From assembly GCF_009914755.1 (NCBI RefSeq), contig NC_060926.1: 64,000 nucleotides of DNA; one strand, 5' to 3'. This stretch comes from the human T2T-CHM13v2.0 reference genome, Homo sapiens. Within the stretch, counting starts at the first letter, position 1. Each line of letters begins with the position of its first letter. A program made the translations under genes and the position numbers. Under the pieces are notes generated by a model. The model did not search any database and was not told where the DNA came from. It was given only the letters and a program-made list of their open reading frames with translations. Of this stretch, positions 27,861 through 41,629 are shown in pieces.

Positions 27861-28454
27861 ATTGGAAAGCCTGGAATTCTTCCAAATACTTAAGAAAACT
27901 TGTAGAAAGAGGCAGTTAAGGAGAATGATGAAACTATATCAAACTACTTAGTTTGCCAAAAAGACAGACAAAATAGACCTAAAGGCACCTTGAGACAGAG
28001 TATTTGGCAGAGAATATTCAGAGAAGTCAAGATGAACTGACCACATATGGCTCATAGAAAAATATAAAATGTCTCCCAAAATAAGCATCATCAGTGAAAA
28101 ATGGAGATACAAATGTAAGAAGAAACAAGGGAGTAATTGATTTTAAAATGAACAAAATAAGCTAAACTACTTCTATGAAAGTAAAGGCAGTTAATCTGGA
28201 TAGAAGTAACACTTCTTTAAGTCTCAAATATAGAAGTTAAAGGAAACTTAGGACAGAAAAAAGGCATTTTACAACTTTATGTAAATAGACTCCTTTAAGC
28301 AAGAGGAGTGGAAATAAGACTGGAGAGATTTAGGGGCTAGCAATTACAGGGAGTGAGAATAAACTACCTGGTTTAGTATGTAAGTGACAGAAAGAGGAGG
28401 GAAGGGAAAAAACTAGCAGAAGCAGTGGGATCCAAAGAGATAGAGAAAGGTCAG

Positions 28455-28736
<282 letters not shown>

Positions 28737-28789
28737 TTACTGAAAGGCACTCTAGTTAATGAATGAAAAGACTTGCTGTTCTCCTTTAG

Positions 28790-28928
28790 GAAACTGGCCA
28801 AATCGACACTGGTCCTGGTCCTAGTCTTTGGAGTGCATTACATCGTGTTCGTATGCCTGCCTCACTCCTTCACTGGGCTCGGGTGGGAGATCCGCATGCA
28901 CTGTGAGCTCTTCTTCAACTCCTTTCAG
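28790..28928 (+). CDS. PTH2R: PTH2R coding exon (TM6-ECL3-TM7 start: [46 protein letters not shown])
   Basis: Acceptor ttctcctttag, 139 nt (1 + 46 codons), donor CAG|gtaaag. Contains the class B GPCR motifs LAKSTLxL..FG.HY and NSFQ. Confidence 0.97.
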
Positions 28929-29399
28929 GTAAAGGGTGCTGCCTAGTCATCTGATTCTTGTAATTTGCAGTTTTTTTTCCTTTTGGTCACTTACAACCTT
29001 TTTCTCTGCACTCTCTCTGGCTTTGATGCACCTGTCTGGGGAGTTGGGGGGTGCAGAAAGGTCAATATTTCTATAGTGCCTGTGCTTTTCTGTCCTATAG
29101 AGGTCAGGTTAATCCTCTGCTCACAGCAGGAGCAGTTCTGGAGCTGTTCGTCACACAAAAAAAGCCTGGACAGAGAGATAAGGAACATCTTGTTGTAAAA
29201 TATGTAACACCTATAAGAATGAGGACCTCTGCTTGTGTGTATGGAAGATAAACAAAAGTAAAAGAAGGTGAAGGCAGGAAAGAGCAAAAAGGAGTGGGGA
29301 GGGGAGACAAAACTGAGGAAGAGGTTGCTGGCACACATTTTATCTCATTTGAAGCTGTAATTACCATCATCTCGCACATGGATTACTCTTTGTCCTGCT

Positions 29400-30022
29400 T
29401 ACTCATTTGCTAGTCCACATATGATAGTCTGGAGAATCTTAAGAATATACATTTGATCATGTCATATACTTGCCAGAAATACTCAAAGATTTCCAGTTGC
29501 AGTCAAACTAAAACTCACATACCATTGTTTGGCATACACAGCCCTGCATGTCGTGGAGCCTGTCTGCCTCTCACCCTGTATCACACCAGCCTCCATGTAG
29601 CTCATTAAGTTAGGGCACAATATTGCTTCCATACGTTCTGTTGCTTAAGTTCACCTCTGCCTCTAGGGCTCACACTTGTATTCCTTTTGCCTGGACTGCT
29701 TTTTCCCCAAATATTTACACAGCTGGCTACTTGTTCTTGTCACTCAAACACACTTGAGTATCACTCTCAGAGATACTTTGTTGAGTTCCTCATCTAATAC
29801 ATCCACTACATTACTCTTTTTAAAATCACTCATTTCTTTTCTTGCATAACCCTTCTCATTTTGCATTTTTCTCATGTGCTATTTGTTTATATTTTATCCA
29901 TGTCTCTTCCTTTCTAGAACAGGGAACTTGTCTGTTTTGTTTACATTGTTTATCCCTGCCCCTGTCATGCTGAACAGCTACCACACTGCATAAGCTCAGT
30001 AAATATTTTTGAATGAACGAAA
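29400..30022 (+). mobile_element. L2
   Basis: cctctagggctcacacttg...agaacagggaacttgtctgttttgtt...ctcagtaaatatttttgaatgaa 3' end. Confidence 0.7.
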
Positions 30023-30416
30023 TAAAAGGTTTCTTTGTATTCTTACCATACAATACTTTATGTTTGTAGTTTTCAGCATTTACAGCTTATAACTTCCTCT
30101 TACCAAGCAGAGGATAGGTATTATGTGATCCATGGGTCACAACATAAATGAAACTAATAGGATAGAAACCTATTCCTTGTGTATCTTGGAATGCTTTATT
30201 TAGTGACTTATTTGGTTCAGCTGACACCAAGGAAAGACGTCAAACAAATTTAATGTAAACATAAGGATTTGGAAACACTAGGAGAGAATAATTTGTATAT
30301 AATTCTCTGAAGGAATCATAAAAAACAATTTTTGGACGTACACATTTTGGCACAAGATGCTTAAGTGCTGTGAGTTTCTGAGTTGGCAGTGGGCTGACTT
30401 TCTCTTTTGTCTGCAG

Positions 30417-30458
30417 GGTTTCTTTGTGTCTATCATCTACTGCTACTGCAATGGAGAG
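30417..30458 (+). CDS. PTH2R: PTH2R 42-nt coding exon (TM7: GFFVSIIYCYCNGE)
   Basis: Branch-like ctgac, acceptor tctcttttgtctgcag, donor GAG|gtaggt. Completes the secretin-family signature SFQ-GFFV..IYC..N.E. Confidence 0.96.
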
Positions 30459-31176
30459 GTAGGTTTGTAGGAACCTTGGACAGGTCTCGCTTCAGCTTGT
30501 AAATGGCCATCACAATGTATCCTGAATCTCTTTAGAATTTCCAGGATTTCCAGGATGGAATGGGTGAGGAGAAGGAAGCTATTTTAATCATAAATTATTT
30601 TGGAAAAGAAAGAATTAGTGCAAATAACCTAAAGTCTTCCTCTTCTAGCACTTTTAAATGTGAACTCATCTGTACACTCTGACATTAAAAAGCAACTTGT
30701 TGGAATACAAACAGACACTTGGATGGACAGTGAACATCATATTCTGGTTAATACTTAAACTTCTATTCCATTTTAAGTTCTGTACAAAACTTATTAGTTT
30801 CCCTGGGACAAATTCATTCAAATATTTTGATGTTTTTTGAACTATAAGATGATGATGGGACAATTTTAGTTCATTTAGGAGTTGGCTGGAGAGAAGTAAC
30901 TACACTAGATAATAATACATTTTACCTTGTAACTTTTAATATGCCCTGCTGTTGGATGAGCTGCCATGTTTCTTCTCTCAAATTTTAAGCTTGCTGCAGG
31001 CCCCAGAAGTGCACAGATACTTTTATTGCGGTACACCAGCTGATGCTTCTGACCATGTTTAGGGTTTGGACATTGTGGCATGCTAGTCCAGTGCTTGCAG
31101 AAAGAGCTTAAATTAATTTCCTGACTTACTTGTGTATTGTTCTTACCTTATTTTGCAGGAGGGGTAAGTAGGTCAG

Positions 31177-31754
31177 TTTAAGAGTTAAAGAAAGAGGAAA
31201 GAAACCCAAAAAGCACTCAACAGTCAAAGATGGGTTTATTTAGGAGAATAAACCTGGGAGGGGCTTCTGGCCAAGTTAGGTCAGAGAGCCTTCTCTCTTA
31301 CAGACTAAGAGTTTTTAAGGGTTCAGGGTGGGAGAGCTTATCACAGGCTTGGACTGCTTCTGTATCTCTTTGTCTTGCTTATCTGGGAGGGAGAATTTTT
31401 GTGTTTTATCCATACATCTTCCTGCAGCTGCAGGCACAGCCCCTCCTACCCCCCGCCCCCCAAGTCTGCTTTTAGCTTCCATATCTTGGTGCACCTAAAG
31501 GGAAAGGAATGTATTTATTAGGACCCACTGTTTTACTGGGGTCCATTGTAGACTGTGAAGTTTTGTGGTTACCCAAGAGACTTTCTCCACTTCCTCTGTG
31601 CCCGAGCTGTCTTATCAGTGTTTTATACTGTCTGCTCTTTCTGGCTGCTTGTTGTTAGAAGGGAAGTGATTTCCTCAAAATGCATGAGGTTAGAAAGGGA
31701 GCTGGACTTAAAGTGGTGGTGTTTATCCAAGATGATGGTGCTTCTGCTCTGTCA
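31177..31754 (-). mobile_element. LTR9-family (ERV1) solo LTR
   Basis: Minus strand starts TGACAGAGCAGAAGCACCATCATCTTGGATAAACACCACCACTTTAAG; gtcag duplicated at 31172-31176 and 31755-31759. Confidence 0.85.
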
Positions 31755-32081
31755 GTCAGGTGTTGATTTGTTTTTGCCAAGATGAACAGATAGAAGTTTG
31801 TTGTTTCAGGTGACATCAGCATACTGGATTTCCACTGCTTCCCATGGAACTTCCAAATAAACTCTCTTCTGAAAAGTGGCAATTGAAGTAGAAATGAATC
31901 TTCAGTAGTAGGAATGGAAATAAGAGCCCCACCCTATTAAGAATGCATTTGCAGTGCCTGCTTTTCTATCCACGAGCCTTCTTTTCTCACTCTGACTCCT
32001 TTAGGCTGCCGATGCAGATTGATAGCATGACAGTTACATTTCAAATTGAGTACCTTCTACGCCATTCCTCAGCCTCAGCTG

Positions 32082-32697
32082 GTGCCAAAGACATCAGCAA
32101 TTTAAGTGGTGAAAACAGATTTTATTCAGTAACTACTGACAGCAGGGGAAAGAGCTGAGCCCAATTCCACTTCACACAGAAGTGATTTGGGCATTTTAAA
32201 GGGAGAATGAGGGAGGTGGAGTGTAAGGGCTCAGTAGAGTCAAAGAAGTGAAAAAATATTTGGTCAGTATAAACACGTTTAGGCCAGCTGTGCTAGCAAT
32301 CAGGCAGTTATTTAAGATAGAATTCTATCTTCCCACAGAGACTGGGAGACAAGAGGCCTTATCCCTCTTGATTTTTATATTTTGAAGGGATGGCTCTCAG
32401 GTCCTTGAGAGAGATGCTTCTGAGTTAGAAGAGCTACATATTTACAATTGTGAACCTTTTTAGTAAATGCCCTAAGAAAGGGGAGTCATGGGCCTATCAT
32501 CAGGTGCGTGCTGGCTAGAGCAAATAGTAAATTCTCCTGGCAGCACTGAGCTTTCTCAGGCAGGCACTATCAATGGCTGAGATCATCCTAGGGATGCCAC
32601 CTTGTGCTGCTAGAACCATGCTTGAGTTTGGGCAGGTCTCAGTGCAGGGGTTCCAGTGGGCTTGTCATGTGCCACGCGAGAGTTCTGAAGTTCTCAC
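32082..32697 (-). mobile_element. ERV1 (MER4-group) solo LTR, subfamily uncertain
   Basis: Shares motifs with the 7099-7796 LTR (gatggctctcaggtccttgag, gtaaatgccctaagaaagg). Confidence 0.6.
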
Positions 32698-32789
32698 TGG
32701 CAATGTTTATCTTGAGTTTCTCTTCCAACCCAGAATCTCCTTTTTTTCCTCTCCCATATGTCAGGTATTTCTATGGGCTGCATTTAAAC

Positions 32790-32950
32790 TTCTGTTTAAA
32801 GTCTGATCTTGGACAAGTCCCTTCACCTCTCTCTAAGCTTCAATTTGCTCACCTCCAAAACTAACACCTGTCTTGAAGGTTTTTTGAGGTTGAGAGAAAG
32901 TCATAGATAAAGTCCCTGGCACGTAGAGGAACCTCAATCAATGATTATTG
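32790..32950 (+). mobile_element. MIR
   Basis: tgatcttggacaagtcccttcacctctctaagcttcaattt...cctggcacgtag. Confidence 0.65.
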
Positions 32951-33041
32951 CTGTCATTGAAATCAAGGCAAACATCTTTGTAACAAGGCTGCAGGGTCTC
33001 CTTTAGGATTTCTCATGCACAGCATGTTTCTCGTGGCTTAG

Positions 33042-33437
33042 GTTCAGGCAGAGGTGAAGAAGATGTGGAGTCGGTGGAATCTCTCCGTGGACTGGAAAAG
33101 GACACCGCCATGTGGCAGCCGCAGATGCGGCTCAGTGCTCACCACCGTGACGCACAGCACCAGCAGCCAGTCACAGGTGGCGGCCAGCACACGCATGGTG
33201 CTTATCTCTGGCAAAGCTGCCAAGATCGCCAGCAGACAGCCTGACAGCCACATCACTTTACCTGGCTATGTCTGGAGTAACTCAGAGCAGGACTGCCTGC
33301 CACACTCTTTCCACGAGGAGACCAAGGAAGATAGTGGGAGGCAGGGAGATGATATTCTAATGGAGAAGCCTTCCAGGCCTATGGAATCTAACCCAGACAC
33401 TGAAGGATGCCAAGGAGAAACTGAGGATGTTCTCTGA
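33042..33437 (+). CDS. PTH2R: PTH2R last coding exon (helix 8 and C-tail, [20 protein letters not shown]...GETEDVL*)
   Basis: Acceptor ggcttag|GTT; in frame with the ORF-track entry 33054-33437; TGA at 33435-33437; Ser/Thr-rich tail. Confidence 0.97.
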   Translation, partial: VQAEVKKMWSRWNLSVDWKRTPPCGSRRCGSVLTTVTHSTSSQSQVAASTRMVLISGKAAKIASRQPDSHITLPGYVWSNSEQDCLPHSFHEETKEDSGRQGDDILMEKPSRPMESNPDTEGCQGETEDVL

Positions 33438-34288
33438 ATGGACATTTGTGGCTGACTTTCATGGGCTGGTCCAATGGCTGGTTGTGTGAGAGGGCTTGGC
33501 TGATACTCCTATGCTTGAGTTCAAAGGCTGAAAATTCAGTTAAGGTGTTACTTAATAATAGTTTTTAGGCTCCATGAATTGGCTCCTGTAAATACTAACG
33601 ACATGAAAATGCAAGTGTCAATGGAGTAGTTTATTACCTTCTATTGGCATCAAGTTTTCCTCTAAATTAATGTATGGTATTTGCTCTGTGATTGTTCATT
33701 TTTTTTCTGCTACTTTTGGGTAGAAAAAAGATTCAATTGCTTGGCTGTAGCTTTCTCTCATATATATCACCCTAAATATAATGAAGATCTTTTAGTGTGT
33801 ATCATTTTCCTTTTAGAAACTAGTATTCTCTTATTTCTTACTTTAATGTACTTCTATCACTGCATTTATTTTGCCTGTGCATAGGAGCAATTAGGATCTA
33901 AAAAAATATATGGGAAGATAAAAGATCTAAGAACAAGTACTTGCTGGAAAATTAGTTGGCTGGACATTGATAAAATAATGCATTTATAACAATTACATGT
34001 GTTTCTGGGAACAAGGAAAATTTCTCAAAAAAGAATATTTCACACATCCCTTCTTTTGAATGGCCTCTTTGTGACCAGCCAGACCTCAGGTCTTCACTCT
34101 TTCTTCTTTGTAAACCATGTCATGTGGAAAGATTTCCTCAGTTAGTGAGCTTGTGTCTGCAAATTGATTTTGTTTGTAATGTATTTTGATAGCAAATCAT
34201 GCTGCATCTATATCTTTTTCTTGTTTGAGCTGTTACTACATTGTACATGGCATGTGGGATCAATTAAAAATTTGTTTTAAAAATACAT
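33438..34288 (+). other. PTH2R: PTH2R 3'UTR (end approximate)
   Basis: AT-rich, apparently repeat-free sequence after the stop, up to ATTAAA at 34263-34268, then a T-rich tract. Confidence 0.75.
34263..34268 (+). terminator. Probable polyadenylation signal (ATTAAA variant)
   Basis: ATTAAA ~830 nt after the stop, with upstream TGTA motifs (e.g. ttgtacat) and downstream T-rich sequence. Confidence 0.65.
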
Positions 34289-34434
34289 TTTGGATCACTT
34301 TTTAAAATTTTTCTTTCAACGTCTCACTTTATGTTTGAGAAACACCAAACTTCCCTTCTCCAAATGTATACATATCAACATTTAGCTTATGTACTTTACT
34401 TAACTTGAAATTTCAGTATGTTGCAGTTTTGGAA

Positions 34435-34665
34435 ACATGTATTGAGGGCATATTATGTATCAGCAGGCATGCTGCTAGGTTCTTACAAGCATTCATTTAT
34501 TTAATTCTCACTATAGTTTATGGATTAAGTCTTATTACTGTCACCCCTTTTACAGATGACAATGTGACTCGTGGAGGTGGAGTTAACTTGCCCAAAGTCA
34601 CACAGCTGGTCATTGACAGCTCTATTGACTTTAAGTCCCATGTTCTTAATCATTATGTTGTATTG
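34435..34665 (-). mobile_element. MIR
   Basis: ccccttttacagatga...ttaacttgcccaaagtcacacagctgg. Confidence 0.75.
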
Positions 34666-34710
34666 TCACCAGTATATATGTAGCCTATTAACCCATCAAA
34701 AATTCAATAA

Positions 34711-35122
<412 letters not shown>

Positions 35123-36063
35123 TCACAGAACAATATGTTTCCAGATAAAATGATATGGATCAGGCTGATCTATGTCATTTTGCTGAATGACTTAACCAAT
35201 AGGCAAGTAGTTTCATGATGAATAAGGTGCTCCAATATCGATAAACCCTCTTGAAAAACATTACACTTTCCTTCCATGCTTTTTCTTTCCTTCCTCTTCT
35301 GTGCCATAGCAGAGGCCATTTCCACCCTTCCTGTTTACGAAGGTGCCATTGTGCATATGTAATTCACCTGATTCAATTCTATATTGTTAATTCCCCAGGG
35401 TACCTCCCTGTTAGGAGAGAACCATCATGAGCTGAGTCAGAGATTAAGTTCTATTGCTAATTTTATGCAAGGCTTTATAAAATCACTTACCTTCCCGTAT
35501 AGTTCAATTTTTCCATCTTTAAAATGAATACAATATATGTCTAGCTCAGAGCGATGTTCTGTGTTAAGGCAAAATAACATGTTAAAAGCACTTTGTAATA
35601 TAAAATTTCCATACAAATACTTGGTTTAGGTTCTTGTTTTAAGTTAAATCTCATTTTACCCCTTTATATTACAAAAGCTCTCATTAGTCACTGCAGTATT
35701 ACAGAATTACTAGAATAGATATATTCTGATAATATAGAAAATACAGAGTTCTTACTTTTCAAGCCAACTCCAAATTCTAACGCTACACCACTATTCCTTT
35801 TCTTCTATTTTCTTGCTGCCTTTGAAGACAGAATATTTCTTTACATTAACAAGTATAACAAAGCCCTCAGAGTTACCAAGATTTTTCTTAAAGCTTATTT
35901 ATTTGTTAATTCAACAAACATTTACTTAGAGCCTATTATGGAACAGATACTATGTTAAGTGCTGGCCCACAAAAAAGAACAAGGCATAATCTATTTTCTC
36001 AAGGAACAATCTGTTTTCTCAAGGAACAAGGAACTTAGTTGCTAGGGCTCTTAATCTCTCTCT

Positions 36064-36178
36064 CAAAGATGAGGTTTTGTTATGCTGCCCAAGCTGGTTT
36101 CAAACTCCTGAGCTCAAGGGATTTCCGCCTCAGCCTCCTGTGTAGCTGGGACTACAGGCACACTACACTGTGCCTGGC
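36064..36178 (-). mobile_element. FLAM monomer
   Basis: Single Alu monomer; ttaatct on both flanks. Confidence 0.8.
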
Positions 36179-36324
36179 TTAATCTTAGTTTGTGCACACG
36201 TATTTTTTCTTCTAGGTTTTGATAATGTCTGCATCCAATTAGACCACAGACAATAAGTTATGCCAGTCTGTTGATTTTTCTTGTAAAATATTGGGCAGTT
36301 ATTGAGGATTGGCTGATCTAGATC

Positions 36325-36648
36325 CAAAGGTGCAAACTACTGGCTCATGAGCTAAATTTGGTTCATACTTATATTTTATTTGCTCTGCCAAGGGGTTTGA
36401 AAATATATTATTTACTTGCCAACATTTAAAATTTCAGCTATTTCTCATAAATTACACTTCCTGACTTATAAAAATACCCGAGGATTTAATGAGACAACCA
36501 TGAGCTGGTATTGACTGATGCCTAGCTATTCAGACAGGTCAAGAGCTCCACTGTGGCCAGGTGGGCACTGGGCAGTATTTTGTGACTGTCAGAATAAAAT
36601 GTAACTCCAGCTGCCTGGGCTCTGGAAACATTTGTTCTGTGTCTTCTG
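36325..36648. mobile_element. hAT-Charlie relic, MER102-like
   Basis: caaaggtgcaaact...gctaaatttgg...ttttatttg start and ...catttgttctgtgtcttctg end resemble MER102; very diverged. Confidence 0.45.
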
Positions 36649-36957
36649 GCTAGATAATGCACTTATATACAACAAAGCAATCATTTTCTAAAATATTGTT
36701 GAGGAATGATATCTATACAGTTTCTCATTTTTACTAATGAAATCAAGCAACCAAATATCCTTAGGTATAATGGAATTTAATTGTAGCTTGACATATCAAC
36801 AGTTACTCTGTTTAAATGAGCCTATTAAGAGGGAAACCCATTATAATTTCTGTATTCATAATGTAGATACCAACCACACTATTCAAAGATTCTTTTGTTT
36901 ATCCCTAGATTCAATACTTTAGCTTTTTATTTTCTTGTCAATTGTATTTTTTTTTAT

Positions 36958-37264
36958 ATGGATGAAGCTGGAAACCATCATTCTCAGCAAACTATCACAA
37001 GGATAAAAAACCAAACACCGCATGTTCTCACTCATAGGTGGGAAATGAACAATGAGAACACTTGGACACAGAAAGGGGAACATCACGCACCGGGGCCTGT
37101 TGTGGGGTGGGGGAAGGGGGGAGGGATAGCTTTAGGAGATATACCTAATGTAAATGACAAGTTAATGGGTGCAGCACACCAACATGGCACATGTATACAT
37201 ATGTAACAAAACTGCACGTTGTGCACATGTACCCTAAAACTTAAAGTATAATAATAAAAAAAAA
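36958..37264 (+). mobile_element. 5'-truncated L1PA 3' end
   Basis: ggatgaagctggaaaccatcattctcagcaaacta...gtaccctaaaacttaaagtataataat + A tail. Confidence 0.95.
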
Positions 37265-37559
37265 GATTCACTTTCTAAATCATCACTCTGAGGTACTTAT
37301 CTGTGGAAGACATTGTCATCTTTTCTAAAGAGTTTAAAGCATCTTATTTTATGGGTTGGATAGCAGTTTTCTTCTCTCTTTAGACTTGCTCTGCCTATTC
37401 AAGTCTCAGGCCCTCTCCCTAAGACACACAGGGAATCAATTGTTCAGTAAATCTCTTACCTGTGCATCCAGAGAAGTGCTAGGCTAAAAAATTGGCTTCC
37501 CTATGGTTGTTTAGGAATAAAATAGAAAAGCAATTAATGTAACTTGCTTTATTTTAGAA

Positions 37560-37750
37560 ACTGAGCATAGTACTTTGGGTATATTTTATCATATAATGAT
37601 TGTAACACACAATGGTGTCATTATCCCCATTTCAAAAATGTAGAAACAATTAGAGAGGCTAGATGACTTGTTGCAGATTAAAGTGTCTGAGTCGGGATTT
37701 GAACTCAGTTCTGATTGACTCCAAGGCCCCTGATCATTCTCCCACCTATG
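37560..37750 (-). mobile_element. MIR
   Basis: attatccccattt...gggatttgaactcagttctgattgactccaaggcc. Confidence 0.7.
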
Positions 37751-38914
37751 TGGTCTTTACTTTCTTTATGACAAGTGTAATAATAAGCCAAATCATTAAG
37801 AAAATAAGTAAGTATTCATTTAAACTATTTTGATGATATACTAATAATTATGGGAATGTGAAAATCAATAATTACAAAATTATAGTTTTAGATATAAACA
37901 TTCTTATCTCCCAGTATTTTGTGACTACAAGAATAAAAAGTAACCATTAAATCTAAATTCTCCTTTCAACCCCATCCAAAATGTATAACTAGATATAAAA
38001 ATCTAAATTCTGTTCTTAAACTGCGTCATAAGACCATGGAAATTTGCCCACGTATTGTTGTAAAAATAACTTTGAACAACTTTATCTTTAAATTACTCAT
38101 CTGTATCACATTTAAAGACAGCTTTTATGTAGGTTTCCATTTATTCACTATTATAATAACTACCCAAGGCAATGGAATATCTATAAATGGTGCAGAAGCC
38201 AGGGAAAATGGGCTAACATTCTTATCCCTTACTGACTCTTATTTTAATACCATTAACATTTAAATTCCATTCCTGTTTAGACACCTAATCTCTATTAAAA
38301 CTACATTTTATTTTGGGAGCTTATATGGTTTATTTGATTAATGATTTAAATGATGAAATACAAAAACAAGATTAGTACATAAAGATGTCATTTGCACACA
38401 TTTTTTCTCATCTCTAGGACATACAGTAGATTCTTGTTGACCGAAGATATTTCCAGCATGTACCCTGCTTGACCTCCCCAGAGCATGGCAACAGAAATCT
38501 GTGTGTCAGAAAAACGCCAACCTGAGCAGGCAAAAGCCAGGCATCCCCAGTTCAGCTTAATTTCAGGGGCACTGGAGGCACTCTTTTCCAGCTCCATTCC
38601 AATTGGCTGGCAGGGCATCTAACATTTTCAAAGGCAGAGTAACTTGGAAAGAATGCCTTACTAAATCGCAAGAAGTCCTTAAAATCTGCACGTACCTCAA
38701 AAACTGCAATGCCTGATTTAACCTTGTTGGATCTAGTTTTGGGGTCTGATTACGAGCAGAATAAAGCAAGAAGGTTTTCACAGCTTTTTTTTTTGCCCAC
38801 GTAAAATGACTTCTTAACATAGGACTATTTAAACAAGTGATATTTCCCTTAAAAAAAAGTCTTATTTTATTCTGGTTTAATAATGAAAAACACACACACA
38901 CAAAACAAAAAACT

Positions 38915-39615
<701 letters not shown>

Positions 39616-40627
39616 AATCTCACTTTAGCAGTTTAGGAATAAATTTGGTAAATAATCATGAATACTATAGTCCAACTCCACTTGAGTTTTTCCATATCAA
39701 ATATTTGATATGATTGGGCTGACATATCACAAAAATCACTCACCAAGATTCTTTAGTTTATAAATATATACAATATCTATTCTACATTTGAGAATAACTA
39801 AAAATTACTGAATGTTTTTGTCTGAAAGGGTTAAATACTTATTTTTAGCTGTTCCCATATCAAGCCTTCTGCCTCTTTCAAATTCAGTAACTACACTATA
39901 AATTTTCCAGTTTTAATTTGTCTGCATGATGTTATATCTTAGATGAATTTAGCAATGTTTTATTTAAATGTAAGCGTTTTGAGGCCCTTGAGGAAAAATG
40001 ATAAACTCTGAAAGTGTAGTCGGTGGCCTTAGCTTTAGGAATCTTCCCTTCATCACAGTTATTTTTGGTAAAGCTTCGTTGCCACCTCCCACCTTCCAGA
40101 TCTTTGAATGCCATTTTTATTTTAGCTGAATTTCTATTACACTGAAAAGTAGTTGGTAAAATGTCATATTTAGAGTTCAACTCCTGTAATTTTATTGTAT
40201 TGGTTGTAATATTTGTAATATCATCAAGCATATCACAAGCACCTCTCTGCAGATTTCCTGTTTGACAATTGCTCTTTTGTGAAGTTATCAGTTTCTATCA
40301 TGCAATCTATTTTACATGATTTTCTTTGTAAATAAAAGTTACAATAATCCCATTGTCCTCTCATTATAATTTTCATACACATACACATTTATTGATTAGA
40401 GCTGGAGATAAGTAAGGAGGAGAATTTATTCTTTGTAGAGTGTTAGGCTGTATGTTTATAATTTTTGAAACTGCCAACTGAGCAACAGGGGTATGTCAAT
40501 TTATTCTTTCATTTAATCAACACCTATTGAACTCTGACTAAAAATTGTAAGTTTAAGACACAGAAATAACAGACTGCTCTCTGATTTATAAATTCAGCTG
40601 CTCTCAAGAAGCTCACAGTTGAATTTA

Positions 40628-41606
40628 TTTATTTATTTAAATTAAAAAAAATTCAGTAGCTTTAGGGATACAAGTGGTTTTTGGTTACATGGATGCATTG
40701 TATAATGGTGAAATCTGGGCTTTTAGTGTACCCATTATCCATATAGTGTACATCAGTGGTCCCCAACATTTTTGGCACCAGGGAACGGTTTTGTGGAAGA
40801 CATTTTTTTCCACTGACTGGAGTCAGGGGTGGGGGGATGGCCTCAGGATGGTTCAAGCACATTACATTTATTCACTTCAGTCTATTATTATTACATCATA
40901 ATATAGAGTGAAATAATTATACAACTCACCATAATGTAGAATCAGGGAAGCCCTGAGCTTTTTTCCCTGCAACTAGACAGTCCCATCTGGGGTTGATGGG
41001 AAACAGTGACAGATTATCAGGCATTCAATTTTCATAACGAGCATACAACCTAGATCCCTCAAATGCACAGTTCACAGTAGGGTTTGCACTCCCATGAACT
41101 CTAATGCTGCCGCTGCTCTGACAGGAGGTGGAGCTCAGGCAGTAACGTGAGCCATGGGGAGTGGCTGTAAATACGGATGAAACTTTGCTCGCTTGCCAGC
41201 TGCTCATCTCCTGCTGTGAGGCCCAGTTCCTAACAGGCCATGAACCGGTACTAGTCCGCTTGGGGGTTGGGGACCCCCAGTGTACATTGTACCCAATAGG
41301 TAGTTTATCCTCTCCCAAGCCCCTCCTTCCCTCCCCCTTTCTGAGTCTCTAGTGTTCATTATATCACTCTGTATGCCTTTGCATACACATAGCTTAGCTC
41401 CCACTTATAAGTGAGAACATTATTTGGTTTTCCATTCCTGAGTTATTTCATTCAGGACAATAGCCTCCAGTTCATTCAAGTTGCTGCAAAAGACATTATT
41501 TCGTTCTTTTTTATGGCTGAGTGTATTCCATGGTGGGTATATATACCACACTTTTTAACCATTCATAGGTCGATGGTCTTTTAGGTTGATTCCATACCTT
41601 TGCAAT
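40628..41606 (-). mobile_element. 5'-truncated L1 (L1PB/L1MA-type) with 17-bp TSD, interrupted by MER1A
   Basis: TSD gctcacagttgaattta at 40611-40627 and 41607-41623. Confidence 0.9.
40754..41279. mobile_element. MER1A (hAT-Charlie)
   Basis: TIRs cagtggtccccaac / gttggggacccc; 8-bp TSD gtgtacat (40746-40753, 41280-41287); 526 bp. Confidence 0.92.
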
Positions 41607-41629
41607 GCTCACAGTTGAATTTAAAAATT

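Noticed and set aside
39932-40231. 99-aa minus-strand ORF in apparently unique DNA
   Set aside because: No recognisable domain, non-ATG start, length within chance expectation. The region could be a conserved non-coding element, but I cannot assess that without alignments.
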